Translations under genes and position numbers: made by a program
Notes under the pieces: model-generated
What the model saw: the letters and a program-made list of their open reading frames with translations, nothing else
Database searches by the model: none
Told to the model about the DNA's origin: nothing
Shown here: positions 30,750 to 40,800 of the stretch, piece by piece
Numbering within the stretch: the first letter of the stretch is position 1
Layout: every line of letters begins with the position of its first letter
Assembly (NCBI GenBank): GCA_036567785.1
Contig: DATCTV010000034.1
Location: forward strand, 102,468-166,467
DNA length: 64,000 nucleotides
Direction: 5' to 3'
DNA from: Desulfomonilia bacterium
GTDB lineage: Bacteria; Desulfobacterota; Desulfomonilia; UBA1062

Positions 30750-31829
30750 TCAGGATTCCGCACCAAAATATCTGGAAAAATTCATCAGCATATCGAGATT
30801 ACCCTCGGCTTTGTATTTTCCCTCGATGAATGCCGTCCCTCCGTCCACCTTCCCGAACATTATATCCATCCACAGTTCAAAAGGTGTACTGACGATGAGA
30901 TCAGGTTTGATAAAAGCGATGTCTTCCGAGGTCTCAAGTGTGCCGTTTTCAATATGCAGCATGCATTCCCTTTTAGCTTCGCCGGTGAATATGAACTGAA
31001 TATCAGCCTTAACACCAGCCGCTGATTCAGGTTTGAAGGCTATTCGCATGATGGCCAGAAATTCCGGGATATTTTCCGCCCTGGGGATAAGTTTCTTTTC
31101 CGCGGCTTCCTTTACTGTCACGCCTTCCTTTATGCAGGTCTTCCACCACATGTTGGCAAGGAGCTGGAATGTCTCTTTGTCGATAAGAGGCTGCGTGATC
31201 CTTTTCATTATTCCCTCGGATACCGACTTATTTAGAATTATCTCCCGGCCCGCCTCTTTCAATGCATCAAAAATATCCGCCTTTATTTTTCCGAATGCGG
31301 AAGAGGCGAGCGTTTCGGCGCCAGGCCTGTAAATTTCAGCGATCAGGTCTTTTTTGTAGATATATCTAAGCCAGGAAGAAAGCTGGTCAAAAATACCCGG
31401 ATCGGGAAATCCCGCAACCGAAAGGGCCACGACCATTGGGATATTGCACCTCAGAGGGTGGGTAGATCTGCCGTTTTTTTCTATCATGAAAGGTTCGGCC
31501 ATAGGAAGCGTGCGGTCAATGAACGTCTTCATTCCGGCCGTGACCGAGTAAAAATAAAGGGGAGAAGCAAAAATAACGATGTCGGAGCTAATATATTTCG
31601 GGAACAGCTCAGCGGTCATATCGTCTTTGTGGATACATTTGCCCGGGGTTTTCGTCCAGCATGTATAACAGCCGATGCAGTTATGAATTTTTCTGTTCCT
31701 GAGATACACGACCTCGACATCGGCAGAGGCGTCTCTCATTCCCTGGACAAGAGGCTCGAGCAGCATTTCGGTCTTGCTTTGACCTCCGCCCCTAGGGCTT
31801 GAACTGATCGCCAGAACTTTCATGACCAC
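30750..31829 (-). CDS. Flavodoxin-like NAD(P)H-dependent FMN reductase / iron-sulfur flavoprotein-like protein with C-terminal SCP2 domain
   Basis: N-terminus KVLAISSSPRGGG…CIGCYTCW…C (flavodoxin fold plus Cys cluster). The C-terminal ~100 aa resemble SCP-2 sterol-carrier domains. Confidence 0.6.
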   Translation of the reverse strand: MVMKVLAISSSPRGGGQSKTEMLLEPLVQGMRDASADVEVVYLRNRKIHNCIGCYTCWTKTPGKCIHKDDMTAELFPKYISSDIVIFASPLYFYSVTAGMKTFIDRTLPMAEPFMIEKNGRSTHPLRCNIPMVVALSVAGFPDPGIFDQLSSWLRYIYKKDLIAEIYRPGAETLASSAFGKIKADIFDALKEAGREIILNKSVSEGIMKRITQPLIDKETFQLLANMWWKTCIKEGVTVKEAAEKKLIPRAENIPEFLAIMRIAFKPESAAGVKADIQFIFTGEAKRECMLHIENGTLETSEDIAFIKPDLIVSTPFELWMDIMFGKVDGGTAFIEGKYKAEGNLDMLMNFSRYFGAES

Positions 31830-31978
31830 CTCCGATTTAATAGTTTTATATTAATGCTTTTAATATCACATACAGCACCAGGGTACAAAGACCAGAACCG
31901 GTATTAATTATACATGTCATTATTTCAAAGAAGTTTGCCCTGTCCTTTTCCGGCGGCCGGTAACCTCTTTTAATCAGT

Positions 31979-32008
31979 TTGACAGTGTGTACACTTGCAT
32001 TGTAAATA
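31979..32008 (+). promoter_or_regulatory. Candidate sigma-70 promoter for the ACP-dehydratase-plsY operon
   Basis: TTGACA at 31979-31984 and TAAATA about 18 nt downstream, about 40 nt upstream of the ACP start codon. Confidence 0.3.
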
Positions 32009-32047
32009 ATTGCTCAATTGTTATTCAAGTCCAGCGCAGGAGAAGAC

Positions 32048-32296
32048 ATGGAAAAAAAGGAAATATTTGATATCATCAAAGAATATTTCATCAGCCAGTT
32101 TGAAATTCCGGAGGATAAAATAATAATGGAGGCTCTCCTCAAGGATGACCTGGGGCTGGACAGCATTGACGCTCTCGATATGATAGGAATGCTTGAAGCA
32201 AGACTCAATATGGAAATAGAGGGAGAAGAACTCAAACACATCCGTACTGTCAGCGATGTTGTCGAATTTATCCTGAAAAAACTTCAAACCCGGTAA
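32048..32296 (+). CDS. Acyl carrier protein (dedicated, cluster-associated)
   Basis: 82 aa with a phosphopantetheine attachment site DLGLDSID in a four-helix ACP layout. AGGAG RBS 7 nt upstream of the ATG at 32048. The track TTG at 32018 is an in-frame upstream extension. Confidence 0.85.
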   Translation: MEKKEIFDIIKEYFISQFEIPEDKIIMEALLKDDLGLDSIDALDMIGMLEARLNMEIEGEELKHIRTVSDVVEFILKKLQTR

Positions 32297-32299
32297 AAA

Positions 32300-32674
32300 A
32301 TGGCGGAATTACCCTGGCATACCCTGCTCGGCTTTGAATTGAACAAAGACGGCATTACCGGGCAATTCAATATACCGGCAGATTCTTTATGGTTTGAAGG
32401 ACATTTCCCCGATGAACCCGTCCTGCCAGGAGTATCGATGCTCTGCATGATAAAGGAGCTTATCAGCAAAGCAAATCCGGTCATCAATATAACAGGCCTC
32501 AGGCGCATCCGTTTCAGACAGCTTGTCCATGAAAATGAACTCCTGAATGTGAAAATAACATGGGAAAAAGGACACGGTTCAAAATCCGCTTCCTTTGATA
32601 TTACCAGCAATGGAAACCTTATCAGTTCAGGATTTATCGAGACAGACGGACCTGTCGGGAACTTGAAATCATGA
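32300..32674 (+). CDS. Hotdog-fold 3-hydroxyacyl-ACP dehydratase, FabZ/ApeI-like
   Basis: HFPDEPVLPGV matches the FabZ catalytic-His motif (HFPGxPxMPGV). 124 aa, 3 nt after the ACP gene. Confidence 0.75.
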   Translation: MAELPWHTLLGFELNKDGITGQFNIPADSLWFEGHFPDEPVLPGVSMLCMIKELISKANPVINITGLRRIRFRQLVHENELLNVKITWEKGHGSKSASFDITSNGNLISSGFIETDGPVGNLKS

Positions 32675-33081
32675 ATATGGACATCGAATCCTACATGCCC
32701 CACAGGGGCCGGATGAAACTGATAGAAGATATTCTTGAATCGGACGAGAACAGCTGCAAAGCCATTGCCGTCCCGAAACTTACCTGGCCCTTTCAGAGGC
32801 ACGAGGGTATTGATCCACTGGTGATTATCGAGCTTATTGCACAGACAACCAGCGCATACGTGGGCTGGTGCAGACGCAATGAAAAAATGATGGGTGGAGC
32901 AGGGTTTCTTGTGGGTATTCGCAGTGCCGGGATAGGCCTTACCTGTCTGCCTCTAGACAGCCCTGTTTTTATTTCATGCAAGAGAATGCTGGATATGGAC
33001 AACTATGGTGTATTTGAAGGCCGTGTTTTTATCAACGACACCACATATGGTACATCCGTCATTCAAGTATACAATCCATGA
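32671..33081 (+). CDS. Second hotdog-fold dehydratase, FabZ/ApeP-like
   Basis: YMPHRGRMKLIEDIL and ELIAQTTSAY resemble the FabZ N-terminal and central-helix motifs. Start overlaps the previous gene (ATGA). Confidence 0.55.
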   Translation: MNMDIESYMPHRGRMKLIEDILESDENSCKAIAVPKLTWPFQRHEGIDPLVIIELIAQTTSAYVGWCRRNEKMMGGAGFLVGIRSAGIGLTCLPLDSPVFISCKRMLDMDNYGVFEGRVFINDTTYGTSVIQVYNP

Positions 33082-33668
33082 AGGTAATTTTTTTTTCAGC
33101 GTGTATCCTTCTCTGTTCTTATCTTCTCGGTTCGATAAATTTTACTGTAATCATTTTCAGGCTGCTCGGACTTGATGACCCCAGAATGAAGTTTTCAGGT
33201 AATCCCGGGACAACAAATGTCTACAGGATAGCAGGGCCTTTCTGGGCGGCGCTGGTTCTTGTCCTCGATATCAGCCGTGCAGGACTGGTATCCATAGCAG
33301 CGCTTAAATTGCTTCCTGCTCAGGAAATTGCACTTGCAGGTTTTTTTCTTGTGCTCGGAAACAGATATCCCTGCTTCCATGGTTTTAAAGGCGGCAAAGG
33401 CGTGGCCAATTATATGGGTTTTGTCCTGTTCATAATACCTGTCTGGGGAATAATCGTAACCCTGCTCTGGCCTTTGATATACAAACTTGTAAAAATTACT
33501 TTCATACCTTCTTTTGTCATAATTACCCTGATGGGAATCGGCTTATCGTTGCATTTTCAGTTCAATCCACTTTTCACAGCCATAACAGCAGCAACCATTC
33601 TGCTGATTTTCGCCGGCCACAGAAAAAACGTCAGGCAATACATTTCAAGGGAAAAAAGACTTGATTAA
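33078..33668 (+). CDS. plsY: Acyl-phosphate:glycerol-3-phosphate acyltransferase PlsY family (cluster-embedded copy)
   Basis: PlsY motifs SGNPGTTN and FKGGKGVA in a five-TM 196-aa protein. ATGA overlap with the upstream dehydratase gene. Confidence 0.8.
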   Translation: MKVIFFSACILLCSYLLGSINFTVIIFRLLGLDDPRMKFSGNPGTTNVYRIAGPFWAALVLVLDISRAGLVSIAALKLLPAQEIALAGFFLVLGNRYPCFHGFKGGKGVANYMGFVLFIIPVWGIIVTLLWPLIYKLVKITFIPSFVIITLMGIGLSLHFQFNPLFTAITAATILLIFAGHRKNVRQYISREKRLD

Positions 33669-33725
33669 ATTTTTTTAAACAGCATTATAGTTTGTGAAAA
33701 AAAGATAAAGAAAGGAGACCTGCTT

Positions 33726-34148
33726 ATGAAAAAACTAATGTTAATTATGTTTGTTGTCCCGGCATTCTTTATCATATCATGCGCCAGCACCCTTCAGGTT
33801 ACAGATATCGACTCCTGGCTCACTACAAAAGCAGCCGGAGTAAATGCAACAGCGAATATTACGGGAACCTGGAAAGACGCACTTAATGAGACCGACTCCT
33901 TCATGAGCTGGGGACAGGGTGAATGGACCCAGACTGGAAACATCATAACAGGCAATATCAGCTCTTATGTAATTAAAGGTATCATGTCCGGAAAAACTGT
34001 TTATATAGTCCTTTATAACGGGGCCAAAGTAGATTACACAGCCAAGCTTGAACTGAAGAATAACAATGAACTATATGGTAATTACTACAGCTCCCGTGAC
34101 CCCGGTCAGACAAAACCTACCCCGATGAGCTTCAAGAAAGTCAAATAA
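33726..34148 (+). CDS. Hypothetical lipoprotein
   Basis: Signal peptide with lipobox IISC. 140 aa, no recognisable domain. Confidence 0.45.
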   Translation: MKKLMLIMFVVPAFFIISCASTLQVTDIDSWLTTKAAGVNATANITGTWKDALNETDSFMSWGQGEWTQTGNIITGNISSYVIKGIMSGKTVYIVLYNGAKVDYTAKLELKNNNELYGNYYSSRDPGQTKPTPMSFKKVK

Positions 34149-34167
34149 TACGTTTACTTGAACATCT

Positions 34168-34206
34168 GACACCGGCGGTCTTGAATCTTTATCGGTTGCC
34201 GGTGTC
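34168..34206. terminator. Stem-loop between convergent lipoprotein genes (GACACCGGC-21nt-GCCGGTGTC)
   Basis: 9-bp perfect inverted repeat in the 40-nt convergent gap. It overlaps the stop codon of the minus-strand gene. Confidence 0.35.
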
Positions 34207-34842
34207 TTCTGTCTGAATCAGTTCAAAGCTCAGTGTGTATCCGCTGACACCTTTTATTTGAAGCGTCATCTTTGAAAACAGGCCGTCTATTACAGGCGGC
34301 ATAAGGATGGCCTGCCTGATGATCTTTGAATGCCCTTTTAATTCCCTGATAACGGTTTTTTCCTTTTCTTTTTGAAATTCCTTCCTCATATCCATTTTTT
34401 CCCAAAGACAATAACAGGAGCCATCCTCATTATTTGAAGCTCTTTTTATATTTCCGTCAGGCTTAATGAAAAGAAAACGGATATCATCTGCAAGCCCTGA
34501 CGCAAAATCCTTTCTGTTAAGAGGAGGCATCCCCGAATTAATCTTTATTTCCTGGCCTGTAGATTCTGCATCCAGAAGCGTAATGCCTTCTGGAGACAAT
34601 AGAACCACTTTAATGAAGCCGGTATCAGGATAAATTTCCGTCACCCCTATAAACGTCTGATAACCGCCGAAAGGAAGATCTGCCTCGATTTTATGAACAG
34701 CCCGGAATGGTTTTGCCGGAAAAACCGACAGACACTCTTTTTCCGTTCCGGGATTTATTTCTATTTCTGTAACTTGTTCCCTGTGTGCACATTGAAGAAG
34801 CATGCAGCAGAGAGGCAATACAAACAAAACGGCTTTTTTCAT
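34189..34842 (-). CDS. Hypothetical lipoprotein (possibly the DUF-type lipoprotein found in APE-like clusters)
   Basis: Signal peptide with lipobox LLQC. 217 aa, unknown fold. Confidence 0.45.
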   Translation of the reverse strand: MKKAVLFVLPLCCMLLQCAHREQVTEIEINPGTEKECLSVFPAKPFRAVHKIEADLPFGGYQTFIGVTEIYPDTGFIKVVLLSPEGITLLDAESTGQEIKINSGMPPLNRKDFASGLADDIRFLFIKPDGNIKRASNNEDGSCYCLWEKMDMRKEFQKEKEKTVIRELKGHSKIIRQAILMPPVIDGLFSKMTLQIKGVSGYTLSFELIQTEDTGNR

Positions 34843-35450
34843 CTAACTTTAGTGAATATGCCATCAGGCAAAGGTTTGTTGATCTCTGTGTTATCGAACT
34901 CCAGGTATGTCGTTGCTCCCTGAACCTCTATAATCTCGATAGCCGAAATTACGCCCGCATCTTTTGAAAAAGTGATTACAACTTTTTTGATAAAACCTTT
35001 GATTGTTGCATTTTGAGGGGTCAGCTCCACCTTGCCTTCAATAATATCCGCCCTGAAATCCTTGTTATTATTGAATTTGCCGGCAAACCACTCGGTAATC
35101 TGGCCTACAACAATGCGGACGGCTTCGAGTCTTGCGCTGGAATCTTCAACGAAGCTTCCTTCCTTGAAGATGAAGCGTTTTACATTGCCCTTGTCTACAA
35201 GGAGAATGCTCTTTACAGGCTCTGTGTATTCCCACCTGATCGAATCGGGAGATAGGTAATAAAGCCGTCCTTTGCTGATGAGGGGCCTGCTCAGTATCCT
35301 GATGTCCTTTTTCTGTGTGAAGGCTCCTGATATGGACTTTACCTGAGACATGTTCTTTTCGATAGATTCCCAGCTCAGCGTCCACCCGGAAAGGACAAAC
35401 GAAATGAAAAATAGAAACAGGACAAAGGCCTTTGAAGCATGCCTCATCAA
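34839..35450 (-). CDS. LolA-like outer-membrane lipoprotein carrier family protein
   Basis: Signal peptide plus ~180-aa beta-rich body with a LolA/LolB-like pattern. Overlaps the downstream lipoprotein gene by 4 nt. Confidence 0.5.
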   Translation of the reverse strand: MMRHASKAFVLFLFFISFVLSGWTLSWESIEKNMSQVKSISGAFTQKKDIRILSRPLISKGRLYYLSPDSIRWEYTEPVKSILLVDKGNVKRFIFKEGSFVEDSSARLEAVRIVVGQITEWFAGKFNNNKDFRADIIEGKVELTPQNATIKGFIKKVVITFSKDAGVISAIEIIEVQGATTYLEFDNTEINKPLPDGIFTKVR

Positions 35451-36169
35451 ATCATGCCCCCGTTAACAGAGAGAACCTGCCCCGTTATATACGATGCATC
35501 ATCGGAGCATAAAAATCCGACGGCTTTTGCAACCTCTTCCGGTTTCCCCACACGGCCCATCGGAATGTGCTGGACAACAGCCTCAATGGGCAGATCCTTT
35601 ATCATTTCTGTTTCGATGAGACCGGGCGCCACGGCGTTTACCCTTATGCCCAGCTTTGCCATCTCCTTTGCAAGAGCCTTGCAGGCTCCGATCAGTCCCG
35701 CTTTGGCTGCGGAATAATTGACCTGCCCGGCATTACCGATAATACCGGAGATGGATGCAATGGCTATTATATTACCATTTTTCTGCCGGATCATGCTTCT
35801 GAGAACCGGCTTTGTGACGTTGTAAAAACCCCTGAGAGATGTGTCTATGACGTTTTCCCAGCTCTGCCTCGATGTCATCGGGAAGAGGCCGTCACTGGTA
35901 ATTCCTGCATTGTTTATAAGTACCTTTATGTATTTGTGCCTGTCCAGAAGGTCTTTTATGGCAGCAGCTGTTTCATCACCGTTTGCGACATCGAACTGCA
36001 CTGTTTCGCCGTCTCCTCCCGACTCTTTTATTTCAGCAAGCGCAGCTTCCGCCGCATCCTTCCGCGAGTGGTAGTTTATGATGACATAATATCCCTTTGC
36101 CGCAAGCTCCATTGATATCGCCCTGCCTATGCCCCGGCCTCCTCCTGTAACAAGCGCTATTTCTGTCAT
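35447..36169 (-). CDS. fabG: 3-oxoacyl-ACP reductase, FabG-like SDR
   Basis: TGGGRGIGRAI cofactor motif, NAG, catalytic S…YxxxK (YSAAKAG), 240 aa. Confidence 0.8.
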   Translation of the reverse strand: MTEIALVTGGGRGIGRAISMELAAKGYYVIINYHSRKDAAEAALAEIKESGGDGETVQFDVANGDETAAAIKDLLDRHKYIKVLINNAGITSDGLFPMTSRQSWENVIDTSLRGFYNVTKPVLRSMIRQKNGNIIAIASISGIIGNAGQVNYSAAKAGLIGACKALAKEMAKLGIRVNAVAPGLIETEMIKDLPIEAVVQHIPMGRVGKPEEVAKAVGFLCSDDASYITGQVLSVNGGMI

Positions 36170-36963
36170 AATTCCTCCATCACTTTCTTGCCAGTAAGCT
36201 TATCAAGGGATAAAAAATCAAGCCCCTTTTTCCTTATGCCCGTAATTGTCTCCTCCATCTGTGCGATAAGTTCCGAAACAGACACGCCTCCTGAGGGCGC
36301 CCTGTCATGAAGCATGATGATGCCGCCATCCCTGGCGCCTTTTAAAATATTACGGCCTATATTGCCGATTCGGCGGTTGCCGAAATCATACCCCCTTATG
36401 CCGAACATCACACAAAAAAGGCCAAGACGGGAAAGAATAGGCTCCAGTTTCGGATTGACAATACCTGCAGGTGGCCTGAACGTATATGCAGTTATACCGA
36501 ACCCTTTAAGCACATCCTGACAGGATGCAATCTCATTATTCAGCCTGGCAGAAGTTTTCAGCATAATTAACGTGTCATGGTTCATGGTGTGGTTTCCCAG
36601 CGTATGGCCGTTATCAAGTATAAGTTTTATCAGTTCCGGATGAGCGGCTGCTTTTTTGCCGACAATAAAAAAATGGGCCTTAATCCCTTGTTTTCTTAAC
36701 ATCTCGATGACAGACGGGGTGCTTGCGGGATCAGGGCCGTCATCGAATGTGAGAGCTACCCCGTGAGAACCCGGTGCACCCCTCGTGATACAAGGCAGGA
36801 ACATCTGCCACTCTGGAAAAAAAGGCGATGCCATGGAAACAATGACGAACAAGGAAAGCGGAATCAGGGCATAAACAGGACTGATCATTGAGACAATGAT
36901 GGATGTAATAATGGCTGCAATCCCGATAAAAAATATTCGAGGGATTTTTCCGCTATTCATTTC
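36166..36963 (-). CDS. Polysaccharide deacetylase (NodB homology / CE4) with N-terminal TM anchor
   Basis: NodB motifs TFDDGP and HTLGNHTMNHD. Start chosen at the ATG at 36963, which leaves an 11-nt overlap with the LPLAT gene. The track start at 37032 would give an 80-nt overlap. Confidence 0.7.
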   Translation of the reverse strand, partial: EMNSGKIPRIFFIGIAAIITSIIVSMISPVYALIPLSLFVIVSMASPFFPEWQMFLPCITRGAPGSHGVALTFDDGPDPASTPSVIEMLRKQGIKAHFFIVGKKAAAHPELIKLILDNGHTLGNHTMNHDTLIMLKTSARLNNEIASCQDVLKGFGITAYTFRPPAGIVNPKLEPILSRLGLFCVMFGIRGYDFGNRRIGNIGRNILKGARDGGIIMLHDRAPSGGVSVSELIAQMEETITGIRKKGLDFLSLDKLTGKKVMEEL

Positions 36964-37843
36964 CAGCCTTTTCAATGAGGAAAGGCTCGAAGCAGTACCA
37001 GTGCTCGGGATGTCTGCGTACCACGTCCTCATACATTTTAAGATACTTCACCGCCGCCTCTTGTATGACCTTTTCCTTATTTGACCGGTTTATTGAATCG
37101 AGAAAAATGGGCTGGTTATATTCGATCCGGTATTTTGCCCGGCCTGTCCTGATTATGAAAAAAACGAAGAGCGGAACCTGAAGCGTATATGCAAGTGCGA
37201 ACGGCGAATATGGAAGCCTTACCATATGATCTAAAAATTCAAGTTTCATTGATTTCTGACTGTCGCTCCAGACCCTGTCCCCTGTCATTGAAACAAAGCC
37301 CTCGTTTTTAAGATATCGAAGTACTTCAAACACGTTAAGAGGTGCACTCTCGTTCTCGTCAACAGAAATGATCTTTATGCCCTTGCCCGAAATTTCAGTT
37401 TTCATCTGTGTTTCAATCTTCTGCGCCTGCTTTGAGCCAACGAAGAGCGCCACATTTATCCCTAAATCGGAAAGCTTTCTGGCTGCAAGTTCCCAGTTGC
37501 CTATATGAGACATTAGAAGAATGCCCCTTTTTCCGCTTTGATGGGCATTATATATATGCTCCCATCCTATACTCTCACAGGGGAATGCCCCTGTTGCCTC
37601 GACTATGAGCCTGTCGGTGAATACTGTTGAAAAATGATGAAACTGACGCCATGCGCATAAAAGGTAATAAAACCCTGACCTGCCGGGAAAGAGTGCACGG
37701 TAAAATTTCATGCTCAATCTGACCTGCGGTCTTGGCATAAGAAAATAGCATGTTGTGATGAACCATGTGAGAATTTCCGCAATGTATATCCCGGTCCTGG
37801 TGCCTGCGAGAAAATGCATGATTTTATAAAATAATACCTTCAT
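36953..37843 (-). CDS. Lysophospholipid acyltransferase (LPLAT / HtrB-MsbB lipid A acyltransferase-like)
   Basis: N-terminal TM followed by the LPLAT core with a catalytic HxxxxE-type region (…LLMSHIGNWELAA…). 296 aa. Confidence 0.65.
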   Translation of the reverse strand: MKVLFYKIMHFLAGTRTGIYIAEILTWFITTCYFLMPRPQVRLSMKFYRALFPGRSGFYYLLCAWRQFHHFSTVFTDRLIVEATGAFPCESIGWEHIYNAHQSGKRGILLMSHIGNWELAARKLSDLGINVALFVGSKQAQKIETQMKTEISGKGIKIISVDENESAPLNVFEVLRYLKNEGFVSMTGDRVWSDSQKSMKLEFLDHMVRLPYSPFALAYTLQVPLFVFFIIRTGRAKYRIEYNQPIFLDSINRSNKEKVIQEAAVKYLKMYEDVVRRHPEHWYCFEPFLIEKAGNE

Positions 37844-40800
37844 GTAAGGAAATCCCGCCCGCTCACGGGCTCAGCCACAAACCATGTTTCTTCTCTTTGC
37901 TGTGCAGTAGCTTCACTGAGTACGAGTTTATAACCGGTCTCTTGGAGCATGAAAGAAATATCTTCCTTCGAACGCAGCCATATGGCGTTCCTTGCAACCT
38001 TGTTTCTCAGGATTTCAAGCCATCTTTCCCACGGGACTTTCTTTTCCGATGGTATCGTCACCCGCAGAATGAGTCTCCCGTCAGCAGCAAGCCTTGATTT
38101 TATTTCCAGGAGGATTTTCTTAAGATCCGTCTCGGGGATATAATGTATCATGTCAAGCATAAGCGCCGTGTCTATGGTTTCGGGATACGAGTCAAACGCC
38201 TGCGCAGTTGAAACATGAACCTCATCATCATCGCCTAGAACTCTGCCAGCAATCCTGATGCGCTCCCTGTCAGGGTCCAGAGCGCAAATCCTCATGCCGG
38301 GGAACAGGGTTTTCAGCCATACACCCTGAACGCCATATCCGCAGCCTATGTCCAGAACCGTACCGGTACTTTTCATGAAACCGGCGAGCTTAGGAAACAT
38401 CGGGTCGAACTTCATCTTGAACCTGGCAAACATGCGGGCATAGACTTCCAGGTGTCTGAAGCGGGACATTACCAGTTTTATATGTTCAGGAGATCCCGGC
38501 TGGATGTCCTTCGCGGCAGGGAATGGAATCTGTCTGAATACACGCTTTAAAAGAGGGGGCAGAAGAAGGCATGTCCCGGCATATGTATACAATATGCCCA
38601 GTGTCGCAGAAAGGCCGGCGCTCGACAACAGGGGATGTCTGGCCAGGGCAAGGACTGAAAACCCCGTCAGAATTGCCGCTGCCGCCATAAGGACCGACGC
38701 CCTTATTGTTTTCATCGAAGGGTGTTTCTCATCGATGTAACGCTGTTGCATCCTCACAATATATATTGAAAACACTATTCCCAGACCAAGCACTACCACC
38801 GCCAGCATCAGCCCCGGGATATCAATAGGATGGCCTATCAGGGTAAACGTGCCGAATGTGCAGATAAGGGAAAACGCCACCGGCAAAAGAGTCAGGAAAG
38901 CAAGGGTTATGTCGAGGTAATAAAAGAGAAGCAGAAGTGCGAGCGCACTTCCCGCCGTGATGAGCGTTTTCATGAATATCCCGTGCACAAGGCCGGACAG
39001 CCTCTGGGTGAAAAGACCATAATCAAGCATGCTGCCGAGATTTTTACTATGGATTTCATCGAAAACAGGCTGGGCCTTATAGTCAGGTCCTGGCATGGCG
39101 GTGCTGATCAGCAGGTATTTTTTCCCCGGATCCTCCGTGAAAAGTCCCAGGAATTCATATGAACCGACAGTAAGGTCCGTCCCTGTTATTACGGGATTCT
39201 CAAGTAGTTCCATGAACGGCTCAAATGCATCTGCATTAAAACCGTATTCTTCTGAGGCCGGGATTATCTCTGATTTCAGTGCTTTTACCCTGTCTTTGTT
39301 CCAGAAGTCTTTCCAGTCCTGAAGGTTTAAGCTCGAAAGATATGACGAAGGAATAATATCGGAGAGTGTAAAGGATGAAGCCAGGGTTTTCTTTCCAACC
39401 TGCTCTTTGAAGAAAAGCGACATCCTGTCGGATATGTTTCTCAGGCCTTCGATGGAATCCCCTTCGGACAGAAAATATATCCTGCTGAAGACATCCCCCC
39501 AGACGGATTTGAATGTCTCTTCAGCCTTTATGGTTACAGGACCGACCGCATTCATCCTGTTCAAATCGGCGTTGAAGACCGGTTTTGCAAGAGCGGCCAT
39601 GGTGATGCCGAAGACTGCGGCCAGGATAAATCCGGTCCATCCCGGCTTGAGGCTCAGAAATTCAGCGATCTTCTCAACAGGCAGCAGGGCGCTTCTTTTC
39701 GCAGGCGGCATGCTTATGAATATTCGCGGCTGCAGGGTATGGACAAATACAAATGTAAATACGGCTCCGAGTGCGGCAAACATGCCGACATCGGCCATGA
39801 TCCTGAATCCGCTGAAGACAAGCGCCAGAAATGCCCCGGCAGTCGTGAACATGGCCATGAGTTCCACCGAGCGTATCTCATGCGAGGTCTCTTTGCCTGA
39901 TGTCATGGAAGTCCTGTCCAGAAAAAGGAAAAAGGATATCCCGCTGTCCACGGTAAATGAAAGAATCGCTCCGCCAAAGCCAAGGGCCAGAAGCGACATT
40001 TCGGGCCTGATGATGGACAGGACAAACATGGCGGCGGTTGTGCCAGCCGCGCCGGGGAAAAAGGAAAGCAGCCCGATATAGGGTCTCGGAAAGCAAGTAA
40101 TCAGGATAAAGGCTATGCCAAGAGTTGATACTATGGCAGCGAATATTACATCTCTTTTTGCGGTTTTTTCATTATCCATGGCAGAGCGGTAAGAGCCTAT
40201 CGCATTGAGCTTTATTTTAGGCGTCCTGTTCCTTAAAGCATCTGATTCAAATTCATTCGAGATCCTGTTGAAAAGCTCGGATATCCGTCTTGAAAACTGA
40301 GTATCCATACCGGGATTCCTTGTATGGGCGACAACAAGGCAGTGCCTGCCGTCGGAACTGAATATCTGACCCTTATAGACCAAGGATCCTTTTACCTCCA
40401 GGAAATTTCTGAGCCTTTCAAGGATTATAAACCTCAACCCCAGCGGGTCTTTTGAGATCATATCCGACTGGCCTATACCTTCAAATCCGCCCAGGAGTTC
40501 TATGTCGGCATTCAGGCTATTCCTGATTGCCTCCTTGTTAATCAGCGGAAATATGCGTTCATTGAGATCCTGAGCCGAAAAGCTTCCGGGAAGATTGTCC
40601 GCAACCATATTTAATATGCGGGGCAAAGCACTGCCGGGATCATCTATCCCGATCTTTTCAAACAGGCCCGATTTCTTCATCTCGTTTTCAAGACGCAAGG
40701 CATATGAAGCAAGCAGGTCCTTGTCAGGTAAGGCCACACCTTCAAGGCAAAGGTCCACGGCCACCTTGTCCGGAAGCCTGTAGCGGTCGAATATCTTTTT

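Noticed and set aside
31987-31994. Perfect 8-bp palindrome GTGTACAC in the spacer of the putative ACP-operon promoter
   Set aside because: 8-bp perfect palindromes are expected hundreds of times by chance in 64 kb, so this alone is not evidence of an operator.
36964-37032. 80-nt overlap between the deacetylase and LPLAT genes implied by the track coordinates
   Set aside because: An internal ATG at 36963 (MNSGKIPRIFF…, start of the TM anchor) gives a conventional 11-nt overlap. The longer N-terminus is Ser/Thr-rich and probably not translated.
39407-40081. 224-aa plus-strand ORF
   Set aside because: Antisense within the MMPL-methyltransferase gene.
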